From Toensbergia leucococca (taxonomy: Eukaryota), in contig JALDZS010000218.1 in NCBI GenBank assembly GCA_022813965.1, forward strand, positions 1-36,770: a stretch of 36,770 bases of DNA. Reading direction: 5' to 3'. Position numbers and translations under genes: made by a program. This document shows positions 11,473 to 23,850 of the stretch, piece by piece. The notes below the pieces were generated by a model that ran no database searches, had not been told where the DNA came from, and was given only the letters and a program-made list of their open reading frames with translations. How positions within the stretch are numbered: position 1 is the stretch's first letter; each line of letters begins with the position of its first letter.

Positions 11473-12157
11473 TTTGAAGAGAAGGGTGGATGGGGAACAT
11501 TCAGCTTCAGTGAGACTTGGCAAGACTTCCTCTTCTTTTCATTGGAAAAAATTCTTCGATTGTGTTTATCATACATGTATTGATGACACTGTACTCCGAG
11601 CGTCATTACAAGAGAAAGATCTGCAGCAACAACAAAGCGTGTAGGGATTTCTCCATCATACCCCTTCCTTCACCAACACTCCCTAAAATCACCCAATGGT
11701 CGAAAGCCAGCAACCTCTTCTAAAAAGATGTTGAGTGCCTGTACCTCCAAAAATCCTCCGATCGAATCTCTCATCAGCCATTCGCTTTATTCGCATCTCT
11801 AAGGTACCCTTTCCTTTATATGAGACCAATGTCCTCCACGCCTATGATCCGAAATCTCGCGAGATGCTCTGACTCCATCATCTCCACCCATGCTATGCTG
11901 CGAGACTGACGCGCAGCTGTACGTTTTAGCAAGGGAAGAGGAGGAGGAGGTAGACAATGTCTCACCTCGACGGATTATAGGCTATTCTCATGTCCATCGC
12001 AGAATCGGCAATGGAGGCTTTCAAAGAGTTCCGCACAAGTTTGTGAGGTTAGCTTACCCACATGAAATCAGACTGCCCATGTATCTGATTTGACCTATAG
12101 TCAAGATTGCCCTCGAGGAAATTTCCAGTCCCATGGATTTCTGTTCTATGCCTGATA

Positions 12158-12658
12158 CTAGGAACTGTCTAAGATTCTTAGTACTCCTTCAGGATAACCC
12201 ACCAAGCTTATGACACCGCCATAGCGGTTGTGGATGATAACCTCTCCACCGGTTATGCGAGATAAGTAGATTGAACCACGGGCCATGTTGCGGATAATCA
12301 CTTTTCCCCCTGAAATATCATCAAGGCGTACTTTGCCATTGTTATTGTTGAATATGGTCAATGAACCGTCGAAAAAGTTCGTTACGAGTACAGTACCGGT
12401 GCTCTGATTGTTGACAACGAAATCGTCGTAGCTGGAGTAGAGCTCTTCTGGCATGTGTCTTCCTTGTTCTGCTCTCAACGCCCTTGTGCCGGATAGAGAA
12501 AACCCTTCGATTTCTAACGTATCGGTGCCAGTGTGAGTGATTCTCAAGGTCTTCGTTTCTTCGAGCCCCAATTCAGCATGAGCTGGTATTCTATCCAAAG
12601 TGTGTCTCAATTCTACCGATTTGTCCTCACTGGTGATGAATGGCTGTTGAAGAGACAT
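12158..12658 (-). CDS. Orphan intronless 166-aa protein with ~20-aa beta-solenoid-like repeats
   Basis: Clean ATG-TAG ORF with AT-rich upstream DNA. Repeats: SLTIFNNNNGKVRLDDISGG / KVIIRNMARGSIYLSRITGG / EVIIHNRYGGVISLVGYPEG. Confidence 0.65.
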   Translation of the reverse strand: MSLQQPFITSEDKSVELRHTLDRIPAHAELGLEETKTLRITHTGTDTLEIEGFSLSGTRALRAEQGRHMPEELYSSYDDFVVNNQSTGTVLVTNFFDGSLTIFNNNNGKVRLDDISGGKVIIRNMARGSIYLSRITGGEVIIHNRYGGVISLVGYPEGVLRILDSS

Positions 12659-14479
12659 AGCAAAGGTACAAAATTTAACGAAAGTTAGACAAATAATATT
12701 AAAAGAAGGGAATCAGGACGTTGGTTACTGAAAGAATTGATGAGGTATTAAATTTGCAAATTCTCACAGTACTGATATTCAACCATGCAAGCTGAAGAAA
12801 GGGCTCTTATAGAGATGGTGAGAATAAAGTGTGTAGTTGAAAATCGAAATCGAGAATTAAGAGTAAAAGGTAGAGATATCTTGACTAAACAGGCTTTAAC
12901 TCAAACGCTACGCCCAGACATATGGAACTCAAATAGGCAGAACTAGAAAAGACTTCCTGATAAAGAAATAGAGTAAAGACATATGAATGTCTACTTGTTA
13001 TAGAACACACCTCAGATAGACCTACTGAGTCTAGCTGGCCATCACTGAGAATGAAGAACATCACATGAACTGCCAAAAGAGCTAATATAGAAGTATAAAA
13101 TGTTGCTATTATCGAGTAATCGCGATACCATGGAAAGATGAGGGGAAAATGAGGAGTCTGCCGAGGGGACCCCTTATATGTTTTCATTTGGCTTGTGTTT
13201 CCATTGGGAGTTAGGTATAAAGATGATGTGGTATCCCATCAAAAGTATTCATCATATAGAGAGTCTTTCGACCTACTAGTTAATCCAAAATTCATCTATT
13301 CAAATGATCACCTATTCCTCATATAATGATATTCTATTCCTCATATAAATATCGATCCTAAACCTCAACATAAAATATAGTTCTGACACAGATCAGTAGT
13401 CAACACTTCAAAGAACAAGACTATTCCCTACATTGACAGTCAACGCAGTATCTCTTCTAACTTGAAGAAGCTAAAAGATGGGAAGACAATAGGTAAAAAG
13501 AAGTATCACGCAGACAGAGTTTGTGTGCTTTTCAATGCATAAGTCAACAAATATGGTCAAGCTTTGTCTTTTGACTCTTCAGTATGTCATGGGATACTCA
13601 ACGGGTCTGCGTCTGCGTCAATTCATAAGTGAAGTGGTCCTTTGAGTTAACATCTCTATCATCATCGGCAACCTAGTAGTACATACCTACTCAGCCTTGT
13701 CAAGTTTACATGTTACTTTCCTTTTTGTGTTTTCCACGATTATTTCTCTCACTTCTCTGCCCTTCTCCCAGACCGCTCTCCAAAGCTTATTGATCCCACA
13801 TGATCCTTGATCTGGACTTAGTGGCTCCTTATAGAGTACTTGGGTATACATACTATACATACTATCGTGATCTTAATATTGGACGTGAAGGCCGAGGGGC
13901 AAGATTTTGGTAAAGTAGGAGAGTCAAGTCAAATAGAATAGAATACCTACTCTCCTACTCCATCACCATTCAAAATGGTTGACACGGCAACAGAACTTCA
14001 CAAATTCCAATGAAAAGGTATTGATCAATGAACGTTAGAGATCTGTTGTGACGTTTCTTGCTATGGAATGTCCAGACCAAGTCAAGATGGTCAAGATGGG
14101 GTGAGGAAAAGAAAGTGGTCGGTCACGTGTCTGTATTTATTACCTTGGCTCTTGCTTCCGCAATCTCACCCTCTCCTTTCCGTCTTCCGTCTTCCGTCTT
14201 CCCCGCATTGTCTAATACAATACACCATTTTCATTTTTATTTCCTGACTGGCCGTCACACCACCTTGGCACCTTGGGTGCTTGGCTATTCGTACTACCAT
14301 TGGGTCAAGTGACAAGGCACGATGACGGAGCCACGTTCGGAATGGTGGAGATCGACAGCGACCTCAATTTCCAACGTCTTCGTTGAAGAATCTTCTATCA
14401 TCCATGCCTCGAGTGCCTCTCCCCTACTCGATTACTTCTTTTCTCCTTCTCCACGCAAAGTTTCCCTCACCTTATCATC

Positions 14480-16118
14480 ATGGCCTTCGATACGAATACC
14501 GACGACAATAAACTAACTATCGAGCACGTCTCCAACACATCCATCGACCATGCTCAGACTCCCAGGCGAACAAGAGAGGCTCCTCCTCTGGTCAGAGATT
14601 GGTCCTTTGAGGAGCGCCAACGTCGGGAACTGGCTCTGGTACGGAAGATTGACTTTCGACTTCTGCCCATGATTATCATAATGTACATTATGAATTATCT
14701 GGACCGAAATAACATCGCCTCGGCACGATTGGCAGGCTTAGAAAAGGATCTCGGGCTCGTTGGGACCGAGTATCAAACATGCGTCAGTATCTTGTTCGTG
14801 GGCTATCTGCTCATGCAGATACCTTCGAATCTCTTTTTGAACAAGATTGGGAAGCCAGCCTTGTATCTTCCTACAGTCATGATAATTTGGGGAATCATCT
14901 CTGCTGCCACAGCTGGCACTCAGAATTTCGGCGGCCTGCTTGCTGTACGCTTTTTCTTGGGCTTTGTAGAAGCCGCTTACTTCCCTGGATGCTTGTTCTT
15001 TCTGTCATCGTGGTACACTAGGAAAGAATTGGGCTTCAGAACGGCCATGCTTTACTCTGGATCGCTGATTTCGGGTGCATTCTCGGGCTTGATTGCCGCC
15101 GGCATCACAAGTGGTCTGAATGGAGCACGAGGTCTCCTGGCTTGGCGCTGGCTTTTCATCATCGAGGGATCTGTTACTGTCGTCATTGCATTTGCTGCTT
15201 TTTTTCTCCTGCCGAATTTCCCGCGGACGACTACCTGGCTTACCGAGGAGGAGCGTCAGCTCGCCATCTGGAGATTAGATGAGGATATTGGAGAGGATGA
15301 CTGGATTGGGAGTAAAGAGCAGACATTTTTTCATGGGATGAAGCTTGCTTTTCTAGATATAAAAATGTGGATTCTGGTAAGGTTCATTAAACGTCTTTCT
15401 TTTAAATATCTCACTTTCTCTTATAGATGGTCATCCTTTTCGGCATCGTGGCTTCTGGGACCGTAACGAACTTCTTCCCGACCGTTGTGCAAACGCTAGG
15501 ATATGGCAACATCGACTCGCTACTTCTCACAGCACCGCCATATATCCTTGCCGTGATAACAGCATTCGCCAATTCTTATCATGCCGGCAGAACAGGAGAG
15601 CGCTACTTTCATATTACCCTTCCCCTGTATGTCGCCGTCTTCGCCTACATTCTTGCAGCGGCAACTACAAATACTGCTCCTCGTTACGTGGCCATGATGC
15701 TCATGGTTCCTGGGGTGTACACCGGCTACGTAGTGGCTCTTGGCTGGATTTCCAACACTCTGCCTCGACCTCCGGCAAAGCGAGCAGCAGCTCTGGCCGC
15801 AATTAATGCCGTTTCGAACGCGTCTTCTATTTACGCATCGTATATGTATCCCAAGTCGGCAGGACCTAGATATGGTACGTTGAATTCATCCCAAGCTATT
15901 TGTCGAATCAGGAACACTAACCCAAGTAACCAGTCGTCGCAATGAGCGTCAACTGCGCAACAGCCTTTATCGCCATCTGCGCCGCCACCGTCCTCCGCTT
16001 CATCTTAGTCCGGCTCAACAAGAAACTAGATCGAGGTGAGGTGGTCGAGGGCGCAGTTGCGATTGGTGAGGGTGTACCTGGTGAAGCTAGCAAGAAGGGA
16101 TTTCGATTTCTATTGTAG
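14480..16118 (+). CDS. MFS transporter, anion:cation symporter (Dal5/Tna1-like) family, ~509 aa
   Basis: Exons 14480-15376, 15427-15874, 15934-16118; introns of 50 and 59 nt. Motifs: LVRKIDFRLLP, NYLDRNNIASARLAGL, RFFLGFVEAAYFPG, SWYTRKELGFR, WRWLFIIEG, C-terminal GFRFLL*. Confidence 0.95.
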
Positions 16119-16339
16119 GACTTTTAACCAGTGTTCTAAATACTAAGATCTGTTGATGTATGACAATTCTTGAAACGCTCTGTCAATACCTGACACCATG
16201 GTGTACTAACCCCATTAATAAGATCGCATATCTCAATCGCAGAAAATCGGGAGTGAATGGCGCTTCACTCACGCACGGCTTCCATAGATCCAATCCAAGG
16301 CCTTGCATCCTCTCCAAACTTAACAACAGGCTCAATATA

Positions 16340-18120
16340 TTGCCCACACATCACCTCCAGCAACCCCCCCTTCCCCCTCCGACACAACACACGACCCTAA
16401 GTCACAAAGTCACATCTCAACCCTCCCTGCCCTCCAAAAAACCCCGTTCTCCTTCCCAAAAAACGACCCCTCAACATCCCCTCCAGAGCAAACCTCATCA
16501 CAATTAGCATTCCCTTCAATCACAGCTGTCATCACCACCTCAATCGCCGTGATAGAATACTTTTCCCCACGCACCATGCCCCAGTAGCCGTCTTGGGGAG
16601 GGGTTATCGCTACGGAACCCTTACCTTATCTCGGCCTGTGACGGAGACTGTAGCCCGTGGGAGAGGAAGTGGAGCTGGTTTTGGTGTCGAGGGGTATTTG
16701 TTTCTAGTTTTGCACTTTTTGTGTTTTGTGTTTTTTTTGGGTTTTTTTGGGGGGCGGGGGGGGGGGGGTTGGAGTGTGGAGTGTGGATTGAAGTGCGGCT
16801 GGGTTTGGGATTGGGTTGAGTTTGGGGGTGTCGTGCGTTGAGCGCGGGCGTGGTGCTGGAGTGCTATTGTTTTTTTTTTTCTGTTTTTTTTTGGGGGGGG
16901 GGGGGGGGGGGAGATGTAGGTTGCAGCTTGTAGGGAGCGGGAGGAGAGGGTTTTTGATCAGCTTGCTCACAGGGCTAGAGGAAGAGATTATGGGATGGAT
17001 GTCACTGTTGAGGGTATCATTATGTATATTCTGATCTTTTTTTTGTGTGAGAGTGAGTGTGAGTGTGAAATGTCGTCAATGATTTATAAGGTGACTTGGC
17101 GTGTGTCTGAATTGAATAATTGAAACTCACCCTCTCTCTGACATATCAATGACTTCCCCCCCCCTTCACTTCTCTTTTTACAGACTATGGTAGGTATGTA
17201 CTTTACAGTGTGAGAAAGAATCAGAGCAGAGAGAATAATATAAGCTATTTGACTCTGAGAAAAGAAGAATAGCTTGATCAAGATCTTTGCATGTCTTATT
17301 TTTGTGTTTTTTTTGAAGACAGTTTCAGCTTTTTTGTGTGAGATTCTAAGTGATGTTTCTGTCTGTCTGAATCTTTTTTTTTCCTTTCTTTCTTTTTTGT
17401 GAGAGAGATAGTTCAGTGTTGATGTTTTTGAGAAAATGAAATAAGAAGGGAATAAGATGCTGAGGTAAGAGAGAAATATGTTAGCTGAGCGCACATGAAT
17501 GACATGAAAATGAAATGAAATAAAAATAAGCAAATTTCCTCTTCTCTCATTTCTATGATGAGAAAAAAACAAAAAAAAAGACAATATTTGTTTTAACAAA
17601 TTGATAAAAAAATGTGAAAAATATGTGTATCTCTTTCAAACAACAAAACCCTCACTGTTTTATTCTCATTCTCATTCTTATTCCTCTTTTTCAAAAAAAA
17701 TCAAAGAAAAAAAAACATCAATCAAATCAATTTAGAATAAAAAGGGAACAAATGTCAAGTCAATCACACCATCACCATCACTCACCCTTCCTTTTTCCCC
17801 CTCCTTTTCACCCCCTTCTCCTCACCCCCCTCACTTTTTTCACCCCTCACCCCTCTCCTCTCTCACCCCTCTCCTCTCTCACCCCTCCCCTCAAAATCCC
17901 CCCTCAATCCAGAATCAAAACCCCACCTCTCAACCTCTACCCCCTGACCCCCATCCCCATTCCCGTCCCCATCCCCTCTACCCCGTCACCCCCTCACCCT
18001 CACCCCCATCCCCTCTTCCCATCCCCTCAACACTCCCCCCCAAAAGAAAGACACGAAAAAAAACAAAAAAAGAAAATACTCACGCAGTGACAACCTTCAT
18101 TCCATTCCATTTAACCTGAA
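16340..18120. repeat. Strand-skewed low-complexity block: C-rich (16340-16580), G/T-rich with a G19 run (16590-17010), AT-rich core (17010-17760), C/A-rich (17760-18100)
   Basis: Homopolymer runs (G19 at 16893-16911, T and A tracts) and strong CpG depletion in the core. ORFs here are compositional artefacts. Confidence 0.7.
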
Positions 18121-18596
18121 ACGCAACACCACGGCCTAACTAACTAACTAAATCACGGGGGTTCAATCAATCTACCCTTTCTTTTTTTTATAAAAAAAAG
18201 GATCAGTATGGGTAGGATTGAGCAGAGAAGTTTATTATTTCAATTCGAGCGCGTGGTGATTGAGAGGGGAAAATGACGGACAGGAATGAATCCAGTGAAT
18301 GAGAAACTAAAAAAGGGGAAAAACCGGAGTCAGAATGGAATGATTGTGAAGAGGGAAGGGTATGGTGGGCAGAACAGGGTGTTATTGCGTTAATTATGAG
18401 CAAGGTGCTCAAAGGTACAAAAATTGAATCCTGGAAGCAAAGAGCTCAATTACAATCCCTCCTTCGCAAAGCAAGCGTAAAAAAAGTCTGCCCCACGGAG
18501 ACAAAAACGCCAGGAAAAGCAACCGCTGCTTCACCCACCACGCTCAAACACATGCATCAAACCAAAGCCCTCAAAGGGATAGGAGGGAAACCGCTT

Positions 18597-19132
18597 TTAC
18601 AACATCCCCACGGCCGCCACAAACCCTCCCACAACAGCCGCTCCAGCAACGACCATCCCCTGAGCACCAGTCTGTCTAGGCGCCGCCGCCCCACCCAGGA
18701 CCTTGGTCGCGATGCTGATCTCAGCCTGCCCGACGCTGGCGATGTAGCTCTGGGCGTCACTGGGCAAGTCGGTGTACCAAGCCGGCAAGTCGGTGCTGGT
18801 GCCGGTGACAAATTCCTGAGCAAAGTCCGAGGGATCGGCCTCGATTTCGGCCAAGACGGATGAGGGAATGGCGGTTGCGAGGACGGATTGCACGGAGGTG
18901 TATTTTGATTGGGCGGTCAGGGAGGTGAGGTAGGCGGCTAGGGATTTGGAGGCTTGGGAGGACTGGGTGGGGAGAGGTGAGGTTGGTTTTGAGAAGTTGG
19001 GAGGAGGGAGGGGAGGGGGATGGGGAGTACCTGGGCGGGAGAGATGCTGGTTATTATTGCGGAGCTCGAGTCTGCGGATGCGAAGGAGGAAAGGGAGAGG
19101 AGGGCGGCGGTTAGGAAGAGTTTGGTTTGCAT
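18597..19132 (-). CDS. Small secreted Ser/Thr/Ala-rich, probably GPI-anchored cell-surface protein, ~155 aa
   Basis: Exon 19132-19031 encodes signal peptide MQTKLFLTAALLSLSSFASA. Intron 18963-19030. Exon 18962-18597 carries a PAWYTDLPSDAQSY motif and the hydrophobic tail GAAAPRQTGAQGMVVAGAAVVGGFVAAVGML*. Confidence 0.85.
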
Positions 19133-20499
19133 GGTTGCTGATTGGTGATGCAGGTTCAATTACAGGGATATTTGTGGATGGTTGAGATGAAATGTCCTGT
19201 GGATACGAGACGTGAGGTTTGTTGTTGTTTTGAGGATGTAGAGTAAAGCTGCTCAATTGAAGTTGTGTTGGTAGAAGATGTGTAGTGGATAGTGAATGAA
19301 GAAGAGGGCGACGTCTCTAGGTCTTTATGTGTTTACCTTGGCGCTCAAGCCAGGCCGTGTTTACCTACCAGCTACGGAATCCTCGAGTGCTGAGGCAGTA
19401 ACTACCCGAGCTGCTAGGACTATTATTCTAGGGAGGCACGAGACAGAAAAGTAAGCCAATGACAACAATTATTATGGGGGTTGACTAGGTTGGTTTGGAA
19501 AGGATTCCCAAGCCAGGCTGGACCTATCCGCTTTTTGGCCTTTTTGGCTGTGTTTTGACGAATGGTGAAACACATGGGATTTATGTCTGTGGCTGTGGGG
19601 GTTCTAAGGCTTTAAGCGCGTCAGAAACTCTCTCAACTCTTGACTCTTCAATGTTACAAGTCTCATAGCAGTAGCAGAGAAGAGCCAGCTTTGTGAGATG
19701 ATATTACAGCAGACTTGAAGCATCAAGGACAGGAAAATAGACGAGATTCAACGAAAAAAAAGAAAAAGAAACAGGGATGAAATTAAAGTTGGAATATGTA
19801 GGGCTGAGCGACCACGTACCTAGTCTTTTATCCCTACTCTGTACAAGGCTGAGCAAGCCACAATTAGATGATGGATGAGATTGGTCGAGCTATCCCTGCA
19901 TTATCGGAATTAAAAGCCCATGTTCTTAGCCACTGCAATTGCTACCTCATTCTGATCATCCGTGTAATCTCAGACAACTACCGATCGCCAACACCACCCA
20001 AGTTCAATGTTCAATGTTCAATGCTGGGCTGAGGTCAGACCCCATTTGCTGGAGACCATCCATATCAAACCGCCAACTTGACTTCTTCAAGATCAAGCTC
20101 ACTGCTATCGATAGCTTAAGCCGTCCTTGGCACCAAACATGGACCAACGCCATGCCAACACACTTATGCAGCCAGTGATCATCCTCCTGACCTCACGCCT
20201 CGAACCAACTGTGGCATTGCCAGACGCGACTCAAATATTACATGCCATTGAGACATCAAAAATTCCATGTGCCAGGACTAATCGCCCTCACTCTGCTTGA
20301 AATGAAAACTTGCTCGTCTTTCACTTCCCTTCGCTGTCTGTGACTTTAGCTATCTGATTCTATCTATTTAGTTGAAGCCATATGTAGCGTTTCGCATACC
20401 TACTTGAGTACTCGGTACCTTAAGTAACCTCACCCGACCTCAACCTCAATAAAACGAGACTGCTTCAGATCTCTATTTTCCCACCCCCCATATAGCTCC

Positions 20500-21790
20500 A
20501 TGGGTTCCAGGGAGCTCAATCAAGCCAAGAAAATCCTATTTTAAACCCAAGAGGAAGTTCGGAACAAACCATCACTGAAAAGCATTTTGGGCATCTCTTA
20601 CAAATGACGTGCATCTGGCGCTATACATCACGTACAAACCCTCTCTCGAATCCCACGTGGCGACAAAGAAAAGAAGCCCTCACCACAACCCCCCCAAAAT
20701 CAAAACCCAATCCCAATCCCAATCCCCCCAAAAGCCCACAACCCGCAAATCCACCCCGCAGCCTCAATACCCAGTCCCCCAATTCCTGCAAACCGAAGCG
20801 GCGCTGTCCATCTGATTAAATACAAAGAACCATGATCATTGATAAAGAATGTGAACGTCCATGATACGCCCCTTACAAAGGACCAAGGCCGATGAGTGCG
20901 ATTCCGAGGAAGGTCCTCGAGGCTATTTTTTCAGGACTTAGCATACATAGTCTACCGTTGCCGCGCTCATTCTGCAAATCAACGACTATGGGAATGTTCA
21001 CAACTGCGACTTCTAGCCCAGCCATCAATATTGATTCTACAAAACTGGGTTTTAAAGGGGAGATGACGATATATTTTCGTTGGATAGGGTGGTTGCAGGA
21101 CATGATGTTGGAGGTACGGGTTATGACTCCGACAAAGATTCTCTTCTCAATGAACACAGGTAGGTGGCACATTTAGAAAAGGGCATTTACAGTGAGGGGA
21201 AAAAAAGTAATTCCGAACATCCCCGCTGGAAAGACGTTGATATTGTGACTCCAGCTTTCAAGCCAGGCCATCTAGAAGTTTTCTATAATACTGATTTGAG
21301 AAGGATACAACAATCGCTGGCGGTACAAAGAGTAGATAAAAAAGGCGGTGGAGTCATGGATACAAATCGCGCAAAGAAATTTGCAATGTAAAGTGACAAA
21401 GCGCGGTCATGGGGGTAATATCTGAAAAATCCCATCCAAGCCGATGATCCTGTGAACATCGCTCTAAGACATAATTCCTGAGACACCTCGTCTATATTTA
21501 TTCTATAATACCGATTGGAGAAGAGAAGTCGTCGCTCGCGGGCTCGGCGGGATGGAAACGGGCGTAGGGAGGTTACTCCCGGCGAGATGGGACCGTGAGA
21601 TGTTGTGAGAAACTGGTCGGGCTGGATCGAAGGGGTCGTAGCTAAGGCTAAGGTGGTGCGGAAGGGGCGGCAGCGGTGGCTGCGGTGGCTGCGGTGGCTG
21701 CGGTGGTGTGGAGAGAGTGAGATGGTGGAATGGCCGATTCTTGACGGGAGATTTGAATGGTCGGTGGGTACGGTAGAAGAAATCTGATCT
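20500..21790 (+). pseudogene. Possible degraded gene remnant of unknown family
   Basis: ATG near 20500. Protein-like text in one frame (e.g. 21164-21391 and flanks) is broken by many TAG/TAA/TGA codons. Shows the 5' C-rich/3' G-rich skew seen in real genes here. No recognisable domain. Confidence 0.25.
21673..21706 (+). repeat. Tandem repeat (GCGGTGGCT)x3.8
   Basis: Read directly. Confidence 0.85.
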
Positions 21791-22161
21791 GAAGGAATGG
21801 TGGGTTGAGTCGTGTGGGAATGGAAACGAGAATTGTGCGTTGAAAGTAGAGGACGGTTGATGTGGTGAGAGGAAACGTGAAGGTCGACTGCGAGTGCGCT
21901 GAAGGGTTCTGATGTTGACAGGAACATACTAGCGCTGCTAGAGTATGAGTTATGGATGTAGTGAGGGGGATGAAGGTGAAAGAAAAGGAAAATTGTCGGG
22001 TAGAACGTCGAGAGGACAGTTGTTGTTCTGAGGGGCCCAGCGATCCAGTAGTACTGTGCAGGCCGAGAAAATCGAGAATCCAAATCTGAACATCGAAACT
22101 AAAAGTGAGAAACGTTACAATGGACTTGAAGTGTCTGGTTCACTCATGGAATACTGTCGAG

Positions 22162-23850
22162 TCAGCCATAATAAGCCTGATGTTCAAGGTCCTCACTCCC
22201 AGCCGCCTGCATGTTCCAAGACATCATGTCCAAGTTTTCCGTAACGAAATGCTTCGCAACATGCGTCACTCGTTCCTTCCACGTTTTCAACCATCGAGCG
22301 CAAAATCCACACCAATAATGCGGTTCCATTCCTGCCTGATAGACGGGAATCTCCCACGACTTGTGATAAGACTTGGTAGAGTGGGCATCTTTGACGTGGC
22401 GCTTAAGGTGATCACCACGGTGGAAACGACGCTCATCATGTGGGGCTCGCAGGCAGTTAACCACCTTGTGTGCATTTTGAAGATGCTCATCAGTAGGTTC
22501 AAGCTCATCGCAGAATACGCAGACTTGTTGACCGGCGTCATCGAGCATACGAGGACCCCTGGGCATACATTCGTAGATTTTTTGAGGGGCGTGCTGAACT
22601 TCCTCATGACGCTGCCAATCGCCTCGTCTGCTGAAACCCGCATAACACCAAGTACATTGGAATTTCTTGTCACCTTCTCTTGCACGGGGAGCTTGTTCGC
22701 CGCTTGGGTAAAGTTTGCGACCTTTGCGACCGGCTGTAAGCCCTTGAGATGAATTGCTGAGACGAGACGTTGCAGATTGCTGAGTAGAAAGTCGAGACAT
22801 GGGAATAGATCCAACGCCGAGGCCGCCATCCGCAGATGGAACACGGATCCAAGATGAGTCAGAACCATCTGGAGGTAACTTCTCGTAGGACGGCGTCGGT
22901 AGAAAATTTCGAGGTCGTCGGTTATTCATGAGGTTCATGGATGTCACAAGCGGAGCATTCTCATCACGGGGATGTGTGTATAAGTAGCTCTGCAAAGTAG
23001 GACTTGGCCTTTGCGGGTAGTTTGATGGCTCGTGCATCTGGATTGCCTGTCCTGCCGGCCCGTACAATTCTCCGTCAGTCCGAGGGCTGTGTGTGACGGT
23101 CATCTGTTGTGCTAGCTGCCCTAAATCATGCCCCATTTTTGATGCGTCAAATGCCATTCGTGTACTCGTAGTCTCGGAAATACCGCTCGGGGTGACGTTT
23201 GACTTGGGGTTAAATCCACGGCGCCTTTTGTTACTGAACCACTGTTGAACTTGAATTGGTGTCAATTTTGTAAGAGTCGCAAGTGCAAGCTTCTCATCGC
23301 CTAAGGGGTAGGGACGGTCGCGATGGTTGTCGAGCCAGAATTGCAATTGCTTACGGGCCTGTTCAGGAAGTCTGGCTCTGGGGCTCAGTTGCCTTTCCTC
23401 GGCGGTAGCGTCGTCCCCCGGATCTGGTGCAGCAAGTCCACCAAGTTGACGATGAAAGTCAGGCCGGAGACGGACTTGTGGATTAGTAGGCGTGTAAGAC
23501 TGCAAAGGTGAAATGCTTCGCGACGGGACCACATCGTCAAATTCTTCCTCGCTTTTGTAGATTGGGTGTCTGGAGGTGTCGATTCTTTTGTACAGTACGG
23601 AGGGACTGACAAATCCTTCCTGATCAAAGCATTAGAGCTAGATCAGATAAGGGTACTCAAGACATACTAAAGCCTCTACGGCTCTTTCTTCTGGTGGACT
23701 TCCAAACCGAAATTGTCCATCCAGAAGTGTTTCTTCGTCCTCATCACCGGTGAGAGAGCGAGGATTCCGCAGCTCTGGGAGATGATCATATGACCTGTTG
23801 CTAGTAGGGTCTGGAAAGGAGAAAGAAGGATTGAAAAAGGGGGAATCCAT
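22162..23850 (-). CDS. TALE/KN-type homeodomain plus C2H2 zinc-finger transcription factor, ~546 aa
   Basis: Exons 23850-23668 and 23619-22162; intron 23620-23667 (GTATGT..CTAAT..CAG). Homeodomain RLPEQARKQLQFWLDNHRDRPYP..QVQQWFSNKRRR. Zinc fingers FQCTWCYAGFSRRGDWQRHEEVQH, CVFC..HLQNAH, CGFC..RVTHVAKHF. Confidence 0.92.

Noticed and set aside
11351..12093. Plus-strand ORFs 11351-11644, 11517-11723, 11890-12093
   Set aside because: They overlap POA1 antisense or its promoter and have no recognisable motif or consistent splice model.
16593..18090. ORFs 16593-16841, 16704-16970, 16816-17034, 17084-17599, 17614-18090
   Set aside because: Poly-G/F/P/K translations of homopolymer tracts with no domain signal.
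16590..18100. Long inverted repeat or MITE
   Set aside because: The arms match only in composition; I could not find a specific base-for-base alignment.
21283..22083. 266-aa minus-strand ORF as a gene
   Set aside because: Ser/His/Pro-rich text with no motif; likely the shadow of a G-rich plus strand.
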